From the human T2T-CHM13v2.0 reference genome, Homo sapiens, in assembly GCF_009914755.1 (NCBI RefSeq), contig NC_060932.1: a stretch of 64,000 nt of DNA, one strand, 5' to 3'. A program made the position numbers and the translations under genes. Shown one piece after another: positions 17,401-30,175 of this stretch. The first letter of the stretch is position 1; every line of letters starts with the position of its first letter. A model generated the notes under the pieces. It did no database searches. It saw only the letters and a list, made by a program, of their open reading frames with translations, and was not told the DNA's origin.

Positions 17401-18473
17401 GTATTGCTCTTTCTTTCGTATTTATTTTACCTTAAATTTGCATCTCTCTGTAGAGTACATTATGTACCACACAACTCTAGAAGTGGAAGAAACTGAACCA
17501 CAAGATTAATAAAAATTAAATTTTAGTTAAAGAAGAGTAGTTTTTTAAGAGTATCTGAGGTTTTCCAAGAAAAAGACCATACATTATTTTTATTGTGGTT
17601 TGATTTTTGTTTTTGATGATTAGCTAGCTGGGCAAAAATCCATATTTACAGCTCATCATTTATATAAACATTAAAATCAGTAGATTCTAAAATTTATATA
17701 ATTTCCTATTACTACCCACATTCATGATTTAATTTTAATGGCATGAAACTTACAAGGCTCAGAGTGAATTTCATTTAAAAATAATCATATTTCCTAACTG
17801 AGGAATAACTGCTAAGATAATGGTGGTCTTAAGCCACCTGATCAAAATTCATTTTTATGTTTTGTTTTTCAAACAGCTTTGAGAGTAATTTTAATAAGAC
17901 TTGTGCATATATTCTTGCTTTTCTGGTGAGCAATTATTCATAATATCCAAATATAATTTTGTATTTTTAGAGAAATTAAAATAATAGAAACAGATCAAAA
18001 TTACCCAGTGAAATGCATATATATATAATTATTTTCTAGTTGAGTAAAGGTGGTTTATTTGCCCAGTGGTAAGCTCAGGAATATAATTTGTACCAAATTA
18101 CATTGTATATGGTCCATCTTGTCTTCCTAATTATTTGAGTAATAAATTTCAGATTAGGAGGCTTAAACGAAATTCAACAAAAGCTGCAGAACTATGATTT
18201 CTTAAATCACAAGTCAGTTCTATTTTCTGTGTGCTATTTTTCTAGAATGCTACTTTTTATGTGTGTGTGTTTTGTTTTTTTAATACTTATTTCTGTTTGA
18301 ATAGTATTGTTATTTTTAAGCAGGGTTTAAAATATCTCTTAAAGGTAAAATTAAATAATACTTTCTGTAAGGTTCATTAAGTAGCGTCTACAATATATTC
18401 TTTTATTTTTTAATTAAAAAAAACTTCAACCTAGAATTCATTTACTTGACACATGACATCTTTTTTGAGTTCT

Positions 18474-19431
18474 TTTTTGTTTTTTTTAAATTTTATTATT
18501 ATTATACTCTTTTTTTTTAATTTTATTATTATTATACTTTAAGTTTTAGGGTACATGTGCACAACATGCAGGTTTGTTATATATGTATACATGTGCCATG
18601 TTGGTGTGCTGCACCCAGTAACTCGTCATTTAGCATTAGGTATATCTCCTAATGCTATCCCTCCCCCCTCCCCCCACCCCACAACAGTCCCCAGTGTGTG
18701 ATGTTCCCCTTCCTGTGTCCATGTGTTCTCATTGTTCAATTCCCACCTATGAGTGAGAACATGTGGTGTTTGGTTTTTTGTCCTTGCCATAGTTTGCTGA
18801 GAATGATGGTTTCCAGTTTCATCCGTGTCCCTACAAAGGACATGAACTCATCATTTTTTATGGCTGCATAGTATTCCATGGTGTATATGTGCCACATTTT
18901 CTTAATCCAGTCCATCATTGTTGGACATTTAGGTTGGTTCCAAGTCTTTGCTATTGTGAATAGTGCCACTATAAACATGCGTGTGCATGTGTCTTTATAG
19001 CAGCATGATTTATAATCCTTTGGGTATATACCCAGTAATGGGATGGCTGTGTCAAATGGTATTTCTAGTTCTAGATCCCTGAGGAATCACCACACTGACT
19101 TCCACAATGGTTGAACTAGTTTACAGTCCCACCAACAGTGTAAAAGTGTTCCTATTTCTCCACATCCTCTCCAGCACCTGTTTTTTCCTGACTTTTTAAT
19201 GATCGCCATTCTAACTGGTGTGAGATGGTATCTCATTGTGGGTTTGATTTGCATTTCTCTGATGGCCAGTGATGATGAGCATTTTTTCATGTGTTTTTTG
19301 GCTGCATAAATGTCTTCTTTTGAGAAATGTCTGTTCATATCCTTCACCCACTTTTTGATGGGGTTGTTTGTTTTTTTCTTGTAAATTTGTTTGAGTTCAT
19401 TGTAGATTCTGGATATTAGCCCTTTGTCAGA
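18474..19431 (-). mobile_element. 5'-truncated young L1PA (L1PA3-like)
   Basis: Closely resembles the L1PA 3'UTR and ORF2 C-terminus (ORFs 18736-18978, 19087-19347). Candidate TSD TGAGTTCT at 18466-18473 and 19432-19439. Confidence 0.93.
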
Positions 19432-22400
19432 TGAGTTCTGATTGCAACAGAATGTTTAGCAAAATGTATATTCCTATAATATATGTTCTAGGATCTCCAA
19501 AAAACTAGTATGAATGCATCAAAAATTTCATCCTCTGATGCAGTGTTTTGTTCATCCCCTAATTCATTCATTTCCCATTTTCTCCTTGATTCATTTACTT
19601 AGCTTTTTACTTGCAGGCATTTTTCTTCTGTTACCAAAAACCACAGGTGGTATATTATATGGGACATGTTAACTAACAAGTAGTTACATTAAGTTTGCAT
19701 TCTTTTATTAAGTAAATTTAAACTTTTAAAGAAATGTTGAAATATAAGTAGATTTGCTTAATCAAAATTATACATCGAGTGTCTAAATGCAAAGAGCCTG
19801 CAATATTCAACCAGATGGACATTGCCATATGATTATTGTACTCATGGAGCTTAATGACTAAGAGAAAAAGACAGTAAAACAAAAGAAATATAAAACCTAT
19901 AGCTGTGTTCTTTGCATTTAAAACAATAAAAATAGAATGCTAAAAGAAAATCAAGGTAGTGAATAAGGAAAATACCGCCATCTGTCATCAAGTAGTCTTC
20001 AGCTATCAGCTCTTCCAGAATTTGCCTCAACTGCAAAGAGAGCTTTTGCCCAAAGGCACACACTTCTCAAGCCAGCACACATGCAATGATTACGTGAGGT
20101 GGGGGTTTTATACAAAAGTCTGCCTCTTTTGGCCCAATCAAACACACACTGGCAGGTTATTTATACCACACAGCTACCTATTAGTCTGTTCAAGAACTTG
20201 TTGGATTTGCATCCCAGTTTGAATTCTCCTCTGCTCCATCCAGCTTCCTTCCCATTTCCAAATATTCTGATCTTTAATAAATAGCCTTCATCGTATGCCT
20301 CAATTAGATGTCAGCTCCTAGATGTCCCAACTACTAACAGTTGGTAATGAGAGTGGAGTGAGTAAATACAGACTGAAAGATGAGTTTTCAAATCCAAATC
20401 ACTCTCTGCCAGGCTATCAGTGAGCACCTCATCACTGGTGGAAGTTGATAATATACTCTCTCAGCAGATTGGGATAGTATACTTGTAAGAGAGAATACAT
20501 TAGCTGGTACAATTGAAATTAATGGGGCAAATAGTAACTTTAAGGGTAATGGCATTAAATGGCTATTGCCAAATACCATTGAACTTAGGAAAATATAACA
20601 AAAGGGCATGCATTTGAAAGCAAAGCGTGAGTCTAGAGGGCCTCTGCTAACTTATAAAGAGCCCCTCATCTTTTAAAAAAGAGGTTAGAGAGAGATGAGG
20701 AAGACTTAATTGAGAAGTTAAACTCTATATAAGTTTGAATTCCTTATCAGGTATATTTTTCAGGTTTGGGGTTCCAATTGGGAGAAGAATGGGACCTACC
20801 CTTGGGATGGAGACAATTGAAAATATGACTACCCTAATTTTGAGGCTCCAGGCTTCTTTGAGTCTATTGAACCTATAGAATGGCTTAGATCTGATTCCTC
20901 CCCCGTCCCTCTTCATAACACGAAGTGTATTCTCATCAGTATCTTCTCGCTATCCTTCGTGGCCACTAGCTGAAAATAGAGAAAAGGCACAGAATAATAG
21001 AGACAGGGATGTGATGGACTTTATAAAGCAGTAAGGAAACTATACTCCAAAAAAGATTTGGTCCTAGCCAGCAGTTACTGCTGGCATCAGGGAAGTACAC
21101 AAGGGACTGAGTTCTGAGAACCTGATCATGAGATAGAATAGAGGAACACAACATGGGATGGGGGGTATTTATTGTTTTGGGAACACTCTCCTAAAGTACA
21201 GCATTTAACATACTGGCATGGATCCTAGAAGACAGTAAAATCTTTCTACTAGGATGGCTTCCAGCAGCATGGAAAAAAAAAGATCACTCGCCCTAAGTGA
21301 AATTGAAATGACAGAATTGCCATAGCAGATAGTGGAAAAAAGAAGAAAAAGGCTCAGGGAAGTGGGAATACTGTAATCTATGTACTGTGTATTTAAGGCC
21401 AAATGATTTGGCCAAACAGGAAAGCCCAAGGCCATAAGGAATGTGCTAGAGAAAGGGATACCATATTCACCATAAATTTCAAAGATGGCTTCCTCTGCAG
21501 GTCAGAGTGGGAATGCCACTACACTCACCGGTAGCAATGGATATGATAAGATCTGGAAAAATCAAGACCAGATAGCAGTGCTTACCTACCAGAAGCCAGA
21601 TGAATAATGTTGTTATAAGCAGTAGATATGCAGTAGCAGACATGGGTACCTTCCCTACCAAGTGTCAGGGAGAGAGTTAATATAATACGATTTCCCTGTG
21701 TTCTGTGAGCAGCCAATGAGGGTACTACTCAATTTGTTTCATTAAAGGAAATGTATAAAAATAGATGACCAGGAGACTGTGGAGAGTTGTCTCAGTAAAT
21801 ATCGCAATGTTAGGTCCACACTCTGAATCTAAACCAATTTTCAGAGCCAGAACTCATTGACTTAAGTGGGAGCAAGGGCCATAGAAGAAAATCCCCATAA
21901 CACCTTGTTAACTGTTCCTCTCATATGTTCCCATATGGACTTACAACCATTTAATCACGTATCTGTTCACTGGGGAAAAGAAAATATCCAAACATTTTAA
22001 AAACTAGTGGACACAGACTGCATTGACATTAATATCCAGAAGCCCAATGTGATCATGGTCTCCCTGTGAGAGTGAGGACTTAGAGACACCAGGAGTTAAA
22101 TAGAGTCCTGGCCAAGTTTCAGTTTACAGTGGGTCTGCTAGTTCCATAAATCCATTTGGTTGTTATTTCTCAGACCTAGTGTATATAATTGGAGTTGGCA
22201 TATTTAATAGTTTGTGCAATTCCCTCAGTGGGGCTTTAATGTGTTTGATGTCTGTAACCGCCTGTTTCAAGAAATTAGTGCTACTTTTAAAGATCTAAAG
22301 GATGCAGGGGTGGTTGGCTATATATTACACACATTTAATTATTCAATATGATCCCTGCAGAAACAAGATGATCCTGGAAGATAATATTTAACTACTACAA

Positions 22401-22519
22401 ATGTAATCAGGTAGTAGACTTGATTGCATTCACTGCGCCAGGGTATGTCCATGCTAGAGCAGATTAGCATGGCCTCAAATATGTGTGAGAAGTGTAACCC
22501 CTGATTTGGCAAGTGTATT

Positions 22520-25500
22520 ATTATTATTATTATTTATTGTACTTTAAGTTCTAGGGTACATGTGCACAACGTGCAGGTTTGATACATAGATATACATGTG
22601 CCATGTTGGTTTGCTGCACCCATCAACTCATCATTTACATAGGTATTTCTCCTAATGCTATCCCTCTCCCCACACCCCACCCCCCAACAAGCCCCAGCAT
22701 GTGACGTTCCCCGCCCTGTGTCCAAGTTATCTCATTGTTCAATTCCCACCTATGAGTGAGAACATGCAGTGTCTGGTTTTCTGTCCTTGTGATAGTTGGC
22801 TGAGAATGATGGTTTCTCTGTCTCTTTCAGTTCTGCTCTGATCTTAGTTGTTTCTTGCCTTTTGCTAGCTTTTGAATTTGTTTACTCTTGCTTCTCTAGT
22901 TCTTTTAATTGTGATGTTAAGGTGTCGATTTTAGATCTTTCCTGCTTTCTCTTGTGGGCATTTAGTGCTATAAATTTCCCTCTACACACTGCTTTAAATG
23001 TATCCCAGAAATTCTGGTACGTTTTATCTTTGTTCTCATTGGTTTCAAAGAACATCTTTATTTCTGCCTTCATTTTGTTATTTACCCAGTAGTCATTCAG
23101 GAGCAAATTGTTCAGTTTCCATGTAGTTGTGCGGTTTTGAGAGAGTTTCTTAATCTTGAGTTCTAGTTTGATTGCACTGTGGTCTGAGAGACAGTTCGTT
23201 GTGATTTCTGTTCATTTACATTTGCTGAGGAGTGCTTTACTTCCAATTTTGTGGTCAATTTTAGAATAAGTGAGATGTGGTGCTGAGAAGAATATATATT
23301 CTGTTGATTTGGGGTGGAGAGTTCTGTAGATGTCTATTAGTCCTGCTTGTTGCAGAGCTGAGTTCAGGTCCTGGATATTCTTGTTAACCTTCTGTCTCGT
23401 TGATCTGTCTAATATTGACAGGGGGGTGTTAAAGTTTCCCATTATTATTGTGTGGGAGTCTAAGTCTCTTTGTAGGTCTCTAAGGACTTGGTTTATGAAT
23501 CTGGGTGCTCCTGTATTGGGTGCATGTATATATTTAAGATAGTTAGTTCTTCTTGTTGAATTGATCCCTTTACCATTATGTAATGGCCTTCTTTGTCTCT
23601 TTTGATCTTGGTTTAAAGTTTGTTTTATCAGATACTAGGATTGCAACCCCTGCTTTTTTTTGCTTTCCATTTGCTTGGTAGATCGTCCCCCATCCCTTTA
23701 TTTTGAGCCTATGTGTGTCTTTGCATGTGAGATGAGTCTCCTGAATACAGCATGCTGATGGGTCTTGACTCTTTATCCAATTTGCCAGTCTGTGTCTTTT
23801 AACTGGGGGCATTTAGCCCATTTACATTTAAGGTTAATATTGTTATGTGTGAATTTGATCCTTTCATTATGATGTTCACTGGTTATTTTTCCCATTAATT
23901 GATGCAGTTTCTTCTCTACATCGATGGTCTTTACAATTTGGCCTGTTTTTGTAGTGGCTAGTACCAGTTCTTTCTTTCTGTGTTTAGTGCTTCCTTCAGG
24001 AGCTCCTGTAAGGCAGGCCTGGTGGAGACAAAATCTCTCAGCATTTGCTTGTCTGTAAAGGATTTTATTTCTCCTTCACTTATGAAGCTTAGTTCGGCTG
24101 GATATGAAATTCTGGGTTGAAAATTCTTTTCTTTAAGAATGTTGAATATTGGCCCACACTCTCTTCTGGCTTGTAGGGTTTCTGCCGAGAGATCCACTGT
24201 TAGTCTGATGGGCTTCCCTTTGTAGGTAACCTGAACTTTCTCTCTGGCTGCCCTTAACATTTTCCCTTTCATTTCAACTTTGGTGAATCTGATAATTATG
24301 TGTCTTGGGGTTGCTCTTCTCAAGGAGTATCTTTGTGGTGTTCTCTGTATTTCTGAATTTGAATGTTGGCCTGTCTTGTTAGGTTGGGGAAGTTCTCCTG
24401 CCTAATATGCTGAAGAGTGTTTTCCAACTTGGTTCCATTCTCCCCATCACTTTCAGGCACACCAATCAAATGTAGATTTGGTCTTTTCACATAGTCCCAT
24501 ATTTCTTGGAGGCTTTGTTCGTTTCTTTTTACTCTTTTTTCTCTAACCTTGTTTTCTTGCTTTATTTCATCAATTTGATCTTCAATCATTGATACCCTTT
24601 CTTCCACTTAATAGAATCGGCTATTGATGTTTGTGCATGCGTCACGAAGTTCTCGTGCCATGGTTTTCAGCTCCATCAGGTCATTTAAGGTCCTCTCTAC
24701 ACTGTTTATTCTAGTTAGCCATTCATCTAATCTTTTTTCAAGGTTTTTAGCTTCCTTGTGATGGGTTTTAACATCCTCCTTTAGCTCGGAGAAGTTTGTT
24801 ATTACCAACCTTCTGAAGCTTACTTCTGTCAACTCATCAAAGTCATTCTCCGTCCAGCTTTGTTCCGTTGCTGGCGAGGAGCTGTGATCCTTTGGAGGAG
24901 AAGAGGCACTCTGATTTTTAGAATTTTCAGCTTTTCTGCTCTGGTTTCTTCCCACCTTTGTGGTTTTGTCTACCTTTGGTCTTTGATGTTGGTGACCTAC
25001 AGATGGGATTTTGGTGTAGATGACCTTTTTGTTGACATTGATGCTATTTCTTTCTGTTTGTTAGTTTTCCTTCTAATGGTCAGGTCCCTCAGCTGCAGGT
25101 CTGTTGGAATTTGTGGGAGGTCCACTCCAGACCCTGTTTCCCTGGGTATCACCAGTGGAGGCTGCAGAACAGCAAATATTGCAGAACAGCAAATATTGCT
25201 GCCTGATCCTCCCTCTGGAAGGGTCATCCCAGAGGGGCAGCCGCCTATATGAAGTGTCTGTTGGCCCCTTCTGGGAGGTGTCTCCCAGTTAGGCTACATG
25301 GGGATCAGGGATCTACTTGAGGAGGCAGTCTGTCCCTTCTCAGAGCTCAAATGTCATGCTGGGAGAACCACTGCTCTCTTCAGAGCTGTCAGACAGGGAT
25401 GTTTAAGTCTGCAGAAGTTGTCTGCTGTCTTTTGTTCAGCTATGCTCTGCCCACAGAGGTGGAGTCTAGAGGCAGTAGGCTTTGTTGAGCTGCAGTGGAC

Positions 25501-25980
25501 TCTGCCAAGTTTGGGCTTCCTGGACACTTTGTTTACCTACTCAAGCCTCAGCAATGGCTGATACCCCTCCCCCAGCCAGGCTGCCACCTTGCAGATTGAT
25601 CTCAGACTGCTGCGCTAGCAGTGAGCAAGGCTCTGTGGGCATGGGAACTGTCGAGCCAGGCACAGGAGAGAATCATCTTGTCTGCCGATTCTAAGACCTT
25701 GGGAAAAGTGCAATATTTGGGTAGGAGTGCCCCATTTTTCCAGGTAGTCTGTCACAGCATCCCTTGGCTAGGAAAGGGAAATCCCTCGACTCCTTGCTCT
25801 TCTTGGGCGGGGCAATGCCCCGCCCTGCTTCAGCTCGCCTTCCATGGGCTGTACCCACTGTCCAACCAGTCCCAGTGAGATGAACCAGGTACCTCAGTTG
25901 GAAATGCAGAAATCACCCATCTTCTGCATCGATCACACTGGGAGCTGCAGACTGGAGTTGTTCCTATTCGGCCGTTTTGG
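22520..25980 (-). mobile_element. L1PA6/7-like element with both ends intact and a large internal ORF2 deletion
   Basis: 5'UTR 24956-25980; frameshifted ORF1 (23958-24955, MGRNQSRKAENSKNQ...); ORF2 endonuclease remnants 22816-23900, then a jump to the ORF2 end and 3'UTR 22520-22815. TSD TTTGGCAAGTGTATTATT at 22505 and 25976. Confidence 0.95.
25554..25694 (+). pseudogene. L1 ORF0 homolog (antisense ORF of the L1 5'UTR), truncated at 46 aa
   Basis: gcaATGg Kozak context. MADTPPPARLPPCRLISDCCASSEQGSVGMGTVEPGTGENHLVCRF* resembles L1Hs ORF0 (MAGAPPPASLPPCSLISDCCAS...). Confidence 0.75.
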
Positions 25981-26633
25981 CAAGTGTATTATTTTCTATT
26001 CCTATTTGAAAAGAAGATTAGAAACAGTTTACATTCACATAGAGTGGATAACAGGATTCATTTAGAATTTTTCTCCAGGGTTAAGTTTACTCTGTTTCCC
26101 TCCATCATAATATAGTAGAAGAGATTTGGACTTCCCATAAAATGTAACATTGGTCCAATCCATCAGTGATTTTATACTAGTCAGACAAAATAAGCAAAGT
26201 ATAGCCAGCATGCTGGAAGGACCAAATAAACACATGTGCTACAAAGGACAGGAGGTAGACTCTGGAAAACTATATAAGTTCCAGAGGTTTCTGTCCATAA
26301 GTGACATGCTTCAAATTCCTCATTTCATTAAGAAGAGGAAGTTACAAGGTCAAGCCCAATATTCATTAGATTAAGAAGTATTTGCTCCCACCAGAAAGAG
26401 AAACATATTGTTTTAAAAATAATATAACTTATTGCAATAGATATAATCATTTTCTGTGTGTGTAAGATAAGACAATTATTTCTTTCTACTTGCATTGACA
26501 GGGTATGCATAGAAACAAAAGCATGATCAACAAGTACATGATCTTTTTGAAATTAAATTTCCTTAGTCTGTTACTGACAAACATTTAACTCATATTAAGA
26601 ATGATAATTCAACTGACATGTTTGCATTTTAAG

Positions 26634-26739
26634 GTGCTCAAGGTGCTCCATTTGCCTGTTTTAAAGAAGTTAATTCTCTGCATGAAAGATCTGAAAACTG
26701 TGGTTTTAAAAATTCACAACCATTACCTTGTGAACGGAA
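26634..26739 (+). CDS. ADAM18: ADAM18 internal coding exon C (cysteine-rich domain: (G)AQGAPFACFKEVNSLHERSENCGFKNSQPLPCER(K))
   Basis: Splice sites ttttaag|GT and AA|gtacgt; 106 nt, phase 1-2; candidate branch point aactgac at 26611. Frame matches both neighbouring exons. Confidence 0.92.
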
Positions 26740-29239
26740 GTACGTATGTAGAAAATGATTGCTTCTTTGAATCATAAAAATTATGTATTTTTATCAAGAG
26801 ACACTAAGTAGTAATGAACACTAAAATTTTATAACATGGGAATATTTTCAAATACCAATGCATATATTTTTTCTATGAAATTCAGGATTTTCTATTATTT
26901 TCCCTTGATATCATCCTAAAAATGAGATTGGACAAAAAAAGGCTAATACTTAGTAACAGAAGAAGAAAATGGACACACACTGCCAGAAATCAGAACTGCT
27001 ACTCTGTATTGAGAATTCAAATGAAGTTTTGTATTAAGTCTATAAATAGCAACAATCTTAAAGCAAACCTCAAGCTTTGATTTTTAAGACATAGAATTGT
27101 TGAGAAGAAGAAAGCTATTTTTGTTTTTGCTAATTGTGTCCAAAACATCAATATGTAAAGCATGGAAGTATCTATTAATAACTAAATTCAGACTATTGGG
27201 ACATAGTGTTACTATAATCCATGTAATAAAGGGATTAATGAAATCCAATACTTTAATAAAGGAAGTGCCTACCCTGTAATGAATGCTTCCTTAATTTTAT
27301 CTTCCTTAATTTCATTGAAAATTAAAGAGCCACAAAAATGTGTAACAGAGCCAGATTCACAAAATAAGAGAAAGGGAATAACATAAAAAATTTAGATATA
27401 ATTAATTCAGGAAGAAGCAGACATTTAGTCTCAAAGACTTATAGCCAGGAAAAACCATAAAATCCTCAGGTAAGCACCACTATCAGTATTGTTCAAAGCA
27501 ATACAGTTCCTTCATTAAGATGAGAAATGGATGAAGAAGGTATCCAGTTGGGTGGGACTAAAGTAGTATCCTCCATCACCCTCCTCCATATGTGAAATTA
27601 CCATGGATTATGTATGCTGTGGAGAGGATGCAGAACTTCCCACTTGCCCCAACACAGGAGGATTAGTACATGGAAAGAAGAAAGGTGGAATCACAAAGAA
27701 AGTACTGATGAGTGGGGATCTCAGGAGGAGACCCGGCATAATCAGCCACACCTATTGGATATTAATACAGAGCACCAGGGGCCAGCAGTCTGAGTTACAC
27801 CACAGTGGATCCCAACAAAGACAGAAGATGGTGGCATGACAACCCCACTTAATCTTCTTCCTGATGTCCAGAGGCACATCTGCTGCCTTTAATTTAAGAT
27901 TATTCATGAAAAAAAGATAAAAGAAACCTGGAAGAAATTGTGAAAGTTAGCAAACATGACTCCATTGGACTTTGTCTTATGTGATAATAGTACATGAATT
28001 TTCCTGAAATAACATCATTAGATGAAACTAAAATTGAGTAGCATACATCGTCTGATCTAAACAGACTGTGATTCCTTTTCAAAAAAGAAAAAATAGTTCT
28101 AAGAATTTAACCATAAATGCAAATTTTGGGAAAATGGACTTGGAGGAAGAATTTGTACTCAGTAGCCAGACTGGAAGGATACATACATACCATGCAAGTC
28201 TGGTTTAGAATATATTCTATAGAAAGAGAGTGGAACCAAAATCAAAAGAAATATCAAGACCTGGGAAAGTAGAAAAGTTATGCTGGAGGGAAGACAAAAG
28301 TGAAATGTAATTTAGGTTCTGGCTCTTAATCTCATTTCAATCTTTACTTCTTGGTGTAATTAAGCTTATTCTTCTGAAAAAGCCTCAAATGATTCTTTTA
28401 GGACAAATGGGTAAAATTCCCTAAGAGGAGCCTTTTGATGAAATAATAATGACATGTTCAATAGAGACAGATCAATGGCTAAAAATGATTATTCTCATTG
28501 AGGATGAACTTTGATAATTAGATTTCAATAATTTCAAGTACAAAAAGTGACATAGATTATCTTTCAGAGCATAGTCTAGAAATACTCTTAGCCTCATAGA
28601 GAAGCCAGTATTTTACCCAATGATAGATTACAAATGGCAAAATACAGCATCCATGGGATAAGATAACCTTTGGTATGTTTGTGGCATAGAGGGGATCTAA
28701 AAGTTCTTAAATTTTTAACAGATAAGTTAAATATACTGGAAATATCTGTATGCTGGGAGAAATTGTGGATCAAAATGAAGGTTGTGTATACTGCAGAAAT
28801 GTACTTTCTAGGTATCATGACAGGAATGATAGGCACAATAAAATGTGCAGAAAGAGAAATGCAATTAGCCACTCTCAGCAAATTTTGTTTAATAAGTGAC
28901 CAGGCTGGCCAAGCTATATCAAAGTGGGGCAAGTGACTAATTCTCCCAGAGTGCGGTAAAATATGAATGGTCTAAGACAACTAGAACTTAGAGAACAAAA
29001 TTGGGCTCTATAATGGGAATGAAGTCGTGTCTTCACGCTGAGTTAAGCATATACATTTCAATTCTGCTATTAAGACAGTTGCATTTAGTTGTTGTGCACC
29101 ATAAAATAATGTTTTAGTTTGGCATTTTTCAGTTGTTATACTATCAATTAACAGTATGTTACCATTATGCAGTACTCACTTGGAACTTGTTATCATTAAG
29201 AGATAAACTGATAAGGAACTTTTTGCTTTCCACTTCCAG

Positions 29240-29429
29240 GGATGTTCTCTGTGGAAAATTAGCTTGTGTTCAGCCACATAAAAATGCTAATAAAAGTGAC
29301 GCTCAATCTACAGTTTATTCATATATTCAAGACCATGTATGTGTATCTATAGCCACTGGTTCCTCCATGAGATCAGATGGAACAGACAATGCCTATGTGG
29401 CTGATGGCACCATGTGTGGTCCAGAAATG
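29240..29429 (+). CDS. ADAM18: ADAM18 internal coding exon D (cysteine-rich domain: DVLCGKLAC...YVADGTMCGPEM)
   Basis: Splice sites ctttccacttccag|G and ATG|gtaaca; 190 nt, phase 2-0. Conserved ADAM motifs CGKL.C and V.DGT.CG. Confidence 0.95.
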
Positions 29430-30175
29430 GTAACAAAATGTGATAATTTATATTCAGCTGTGTTAAATTATGTGAATTATCAGATACTGCATTCCATGAT
29501 GACTATCACAATTATATTGAATGGATTTAAACTTGTGCTGGCATTTATTTCCCATGTGATATTTAAATGATAATTAAAACAAGCCTAAGTTATCCAATTA
29601 CATTGCTTTTTGGATTAAAATATTATCAGTCCTTATGTTAAAAAAAGTACATATATATTTTAAGCACAAGATTTTACTAACTGACATCTGGTAGCTTTAA
29701 ATTGTAAAATGCTAATACAAAGTTTTCCATTTTCCTTGCTTCACAAAGAACATTAATTGACTTTACATATTTCTTAAATTATTTGATTTGTATCTGATCA
29801 AAATATAAGTGTACAAAAGGTTTGGAACCAAACAAGAATCTATACTAGGAAACATTGCTATAGTGCATATACAGGCTCATGCGTATATACATGCATGAAT
29901 ATATATGAACACTTCTATCTATGTAGTCATAACATAAAAAGAGAACAAAAAGGCTTTAGAGACTTGGTTAATCTTGCAATATAAGGGCACATGTTCCAGA
30001 AAACATGATAATATGTGGCATCTGAAATTTCACATAGCAATTATAGAGTGTTGCACTTAAATGTCATTTGGTGCTTATTTGATGCGTAAAAATAAAACAA
30101 AACCTAGAAATGGAGGATGTGTTAGTCAATTGTTATATCTGGTGTCAGCAACCCTAATCCCTTGAGAAACCTCTA

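Larger units (their letters stand above)
20050..26400 (+). mobile_element. ERVL provirus remnant (LTR16/HERV16-like): LTR 3' end, PBS, gag/pro/RT, split by an L1
   Basis: LTR end with aataaa (~20276) followed by 'gttggtaatgagagtgg' (PBS-like). Degenerate protease (tggacacag...gtgagagtgagg...ttacagtgggtc). RT-like EISATFKDLKDAGVV at ~22271; DLA..FSIPI continues across the L1 insertion at 25981. Confidence 0.75.

Noticed and set aside
23958-24955. Three adjacent minus-strand ORFs as an operon-like unit
   Set aside because: They are frameshifted or stop-split pieces of one L1 ORF1.
25163-25200. 17-bp tandem duplication gcagaacagcaaatatt in the L1 5'UTR
   Set aside because: I recall this as a normal feature of L1PA4-7 5'UTRs, not locus-specific.
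28230-29050. Possible extra exon or CR1/L3-like fragment (ORFs 28594-28932, 28670-28936)
   Set aside because: No ADAM similarity, exons C and D already join in frame, and the repeat resemblance is too weak to call.
29133-29570. 145-aa ORF as a single-exon gene
   Set aside because: Only 29240-29429 is ADAM-like and it is bounded by canonical splice sites; the flanks are chance open intron.
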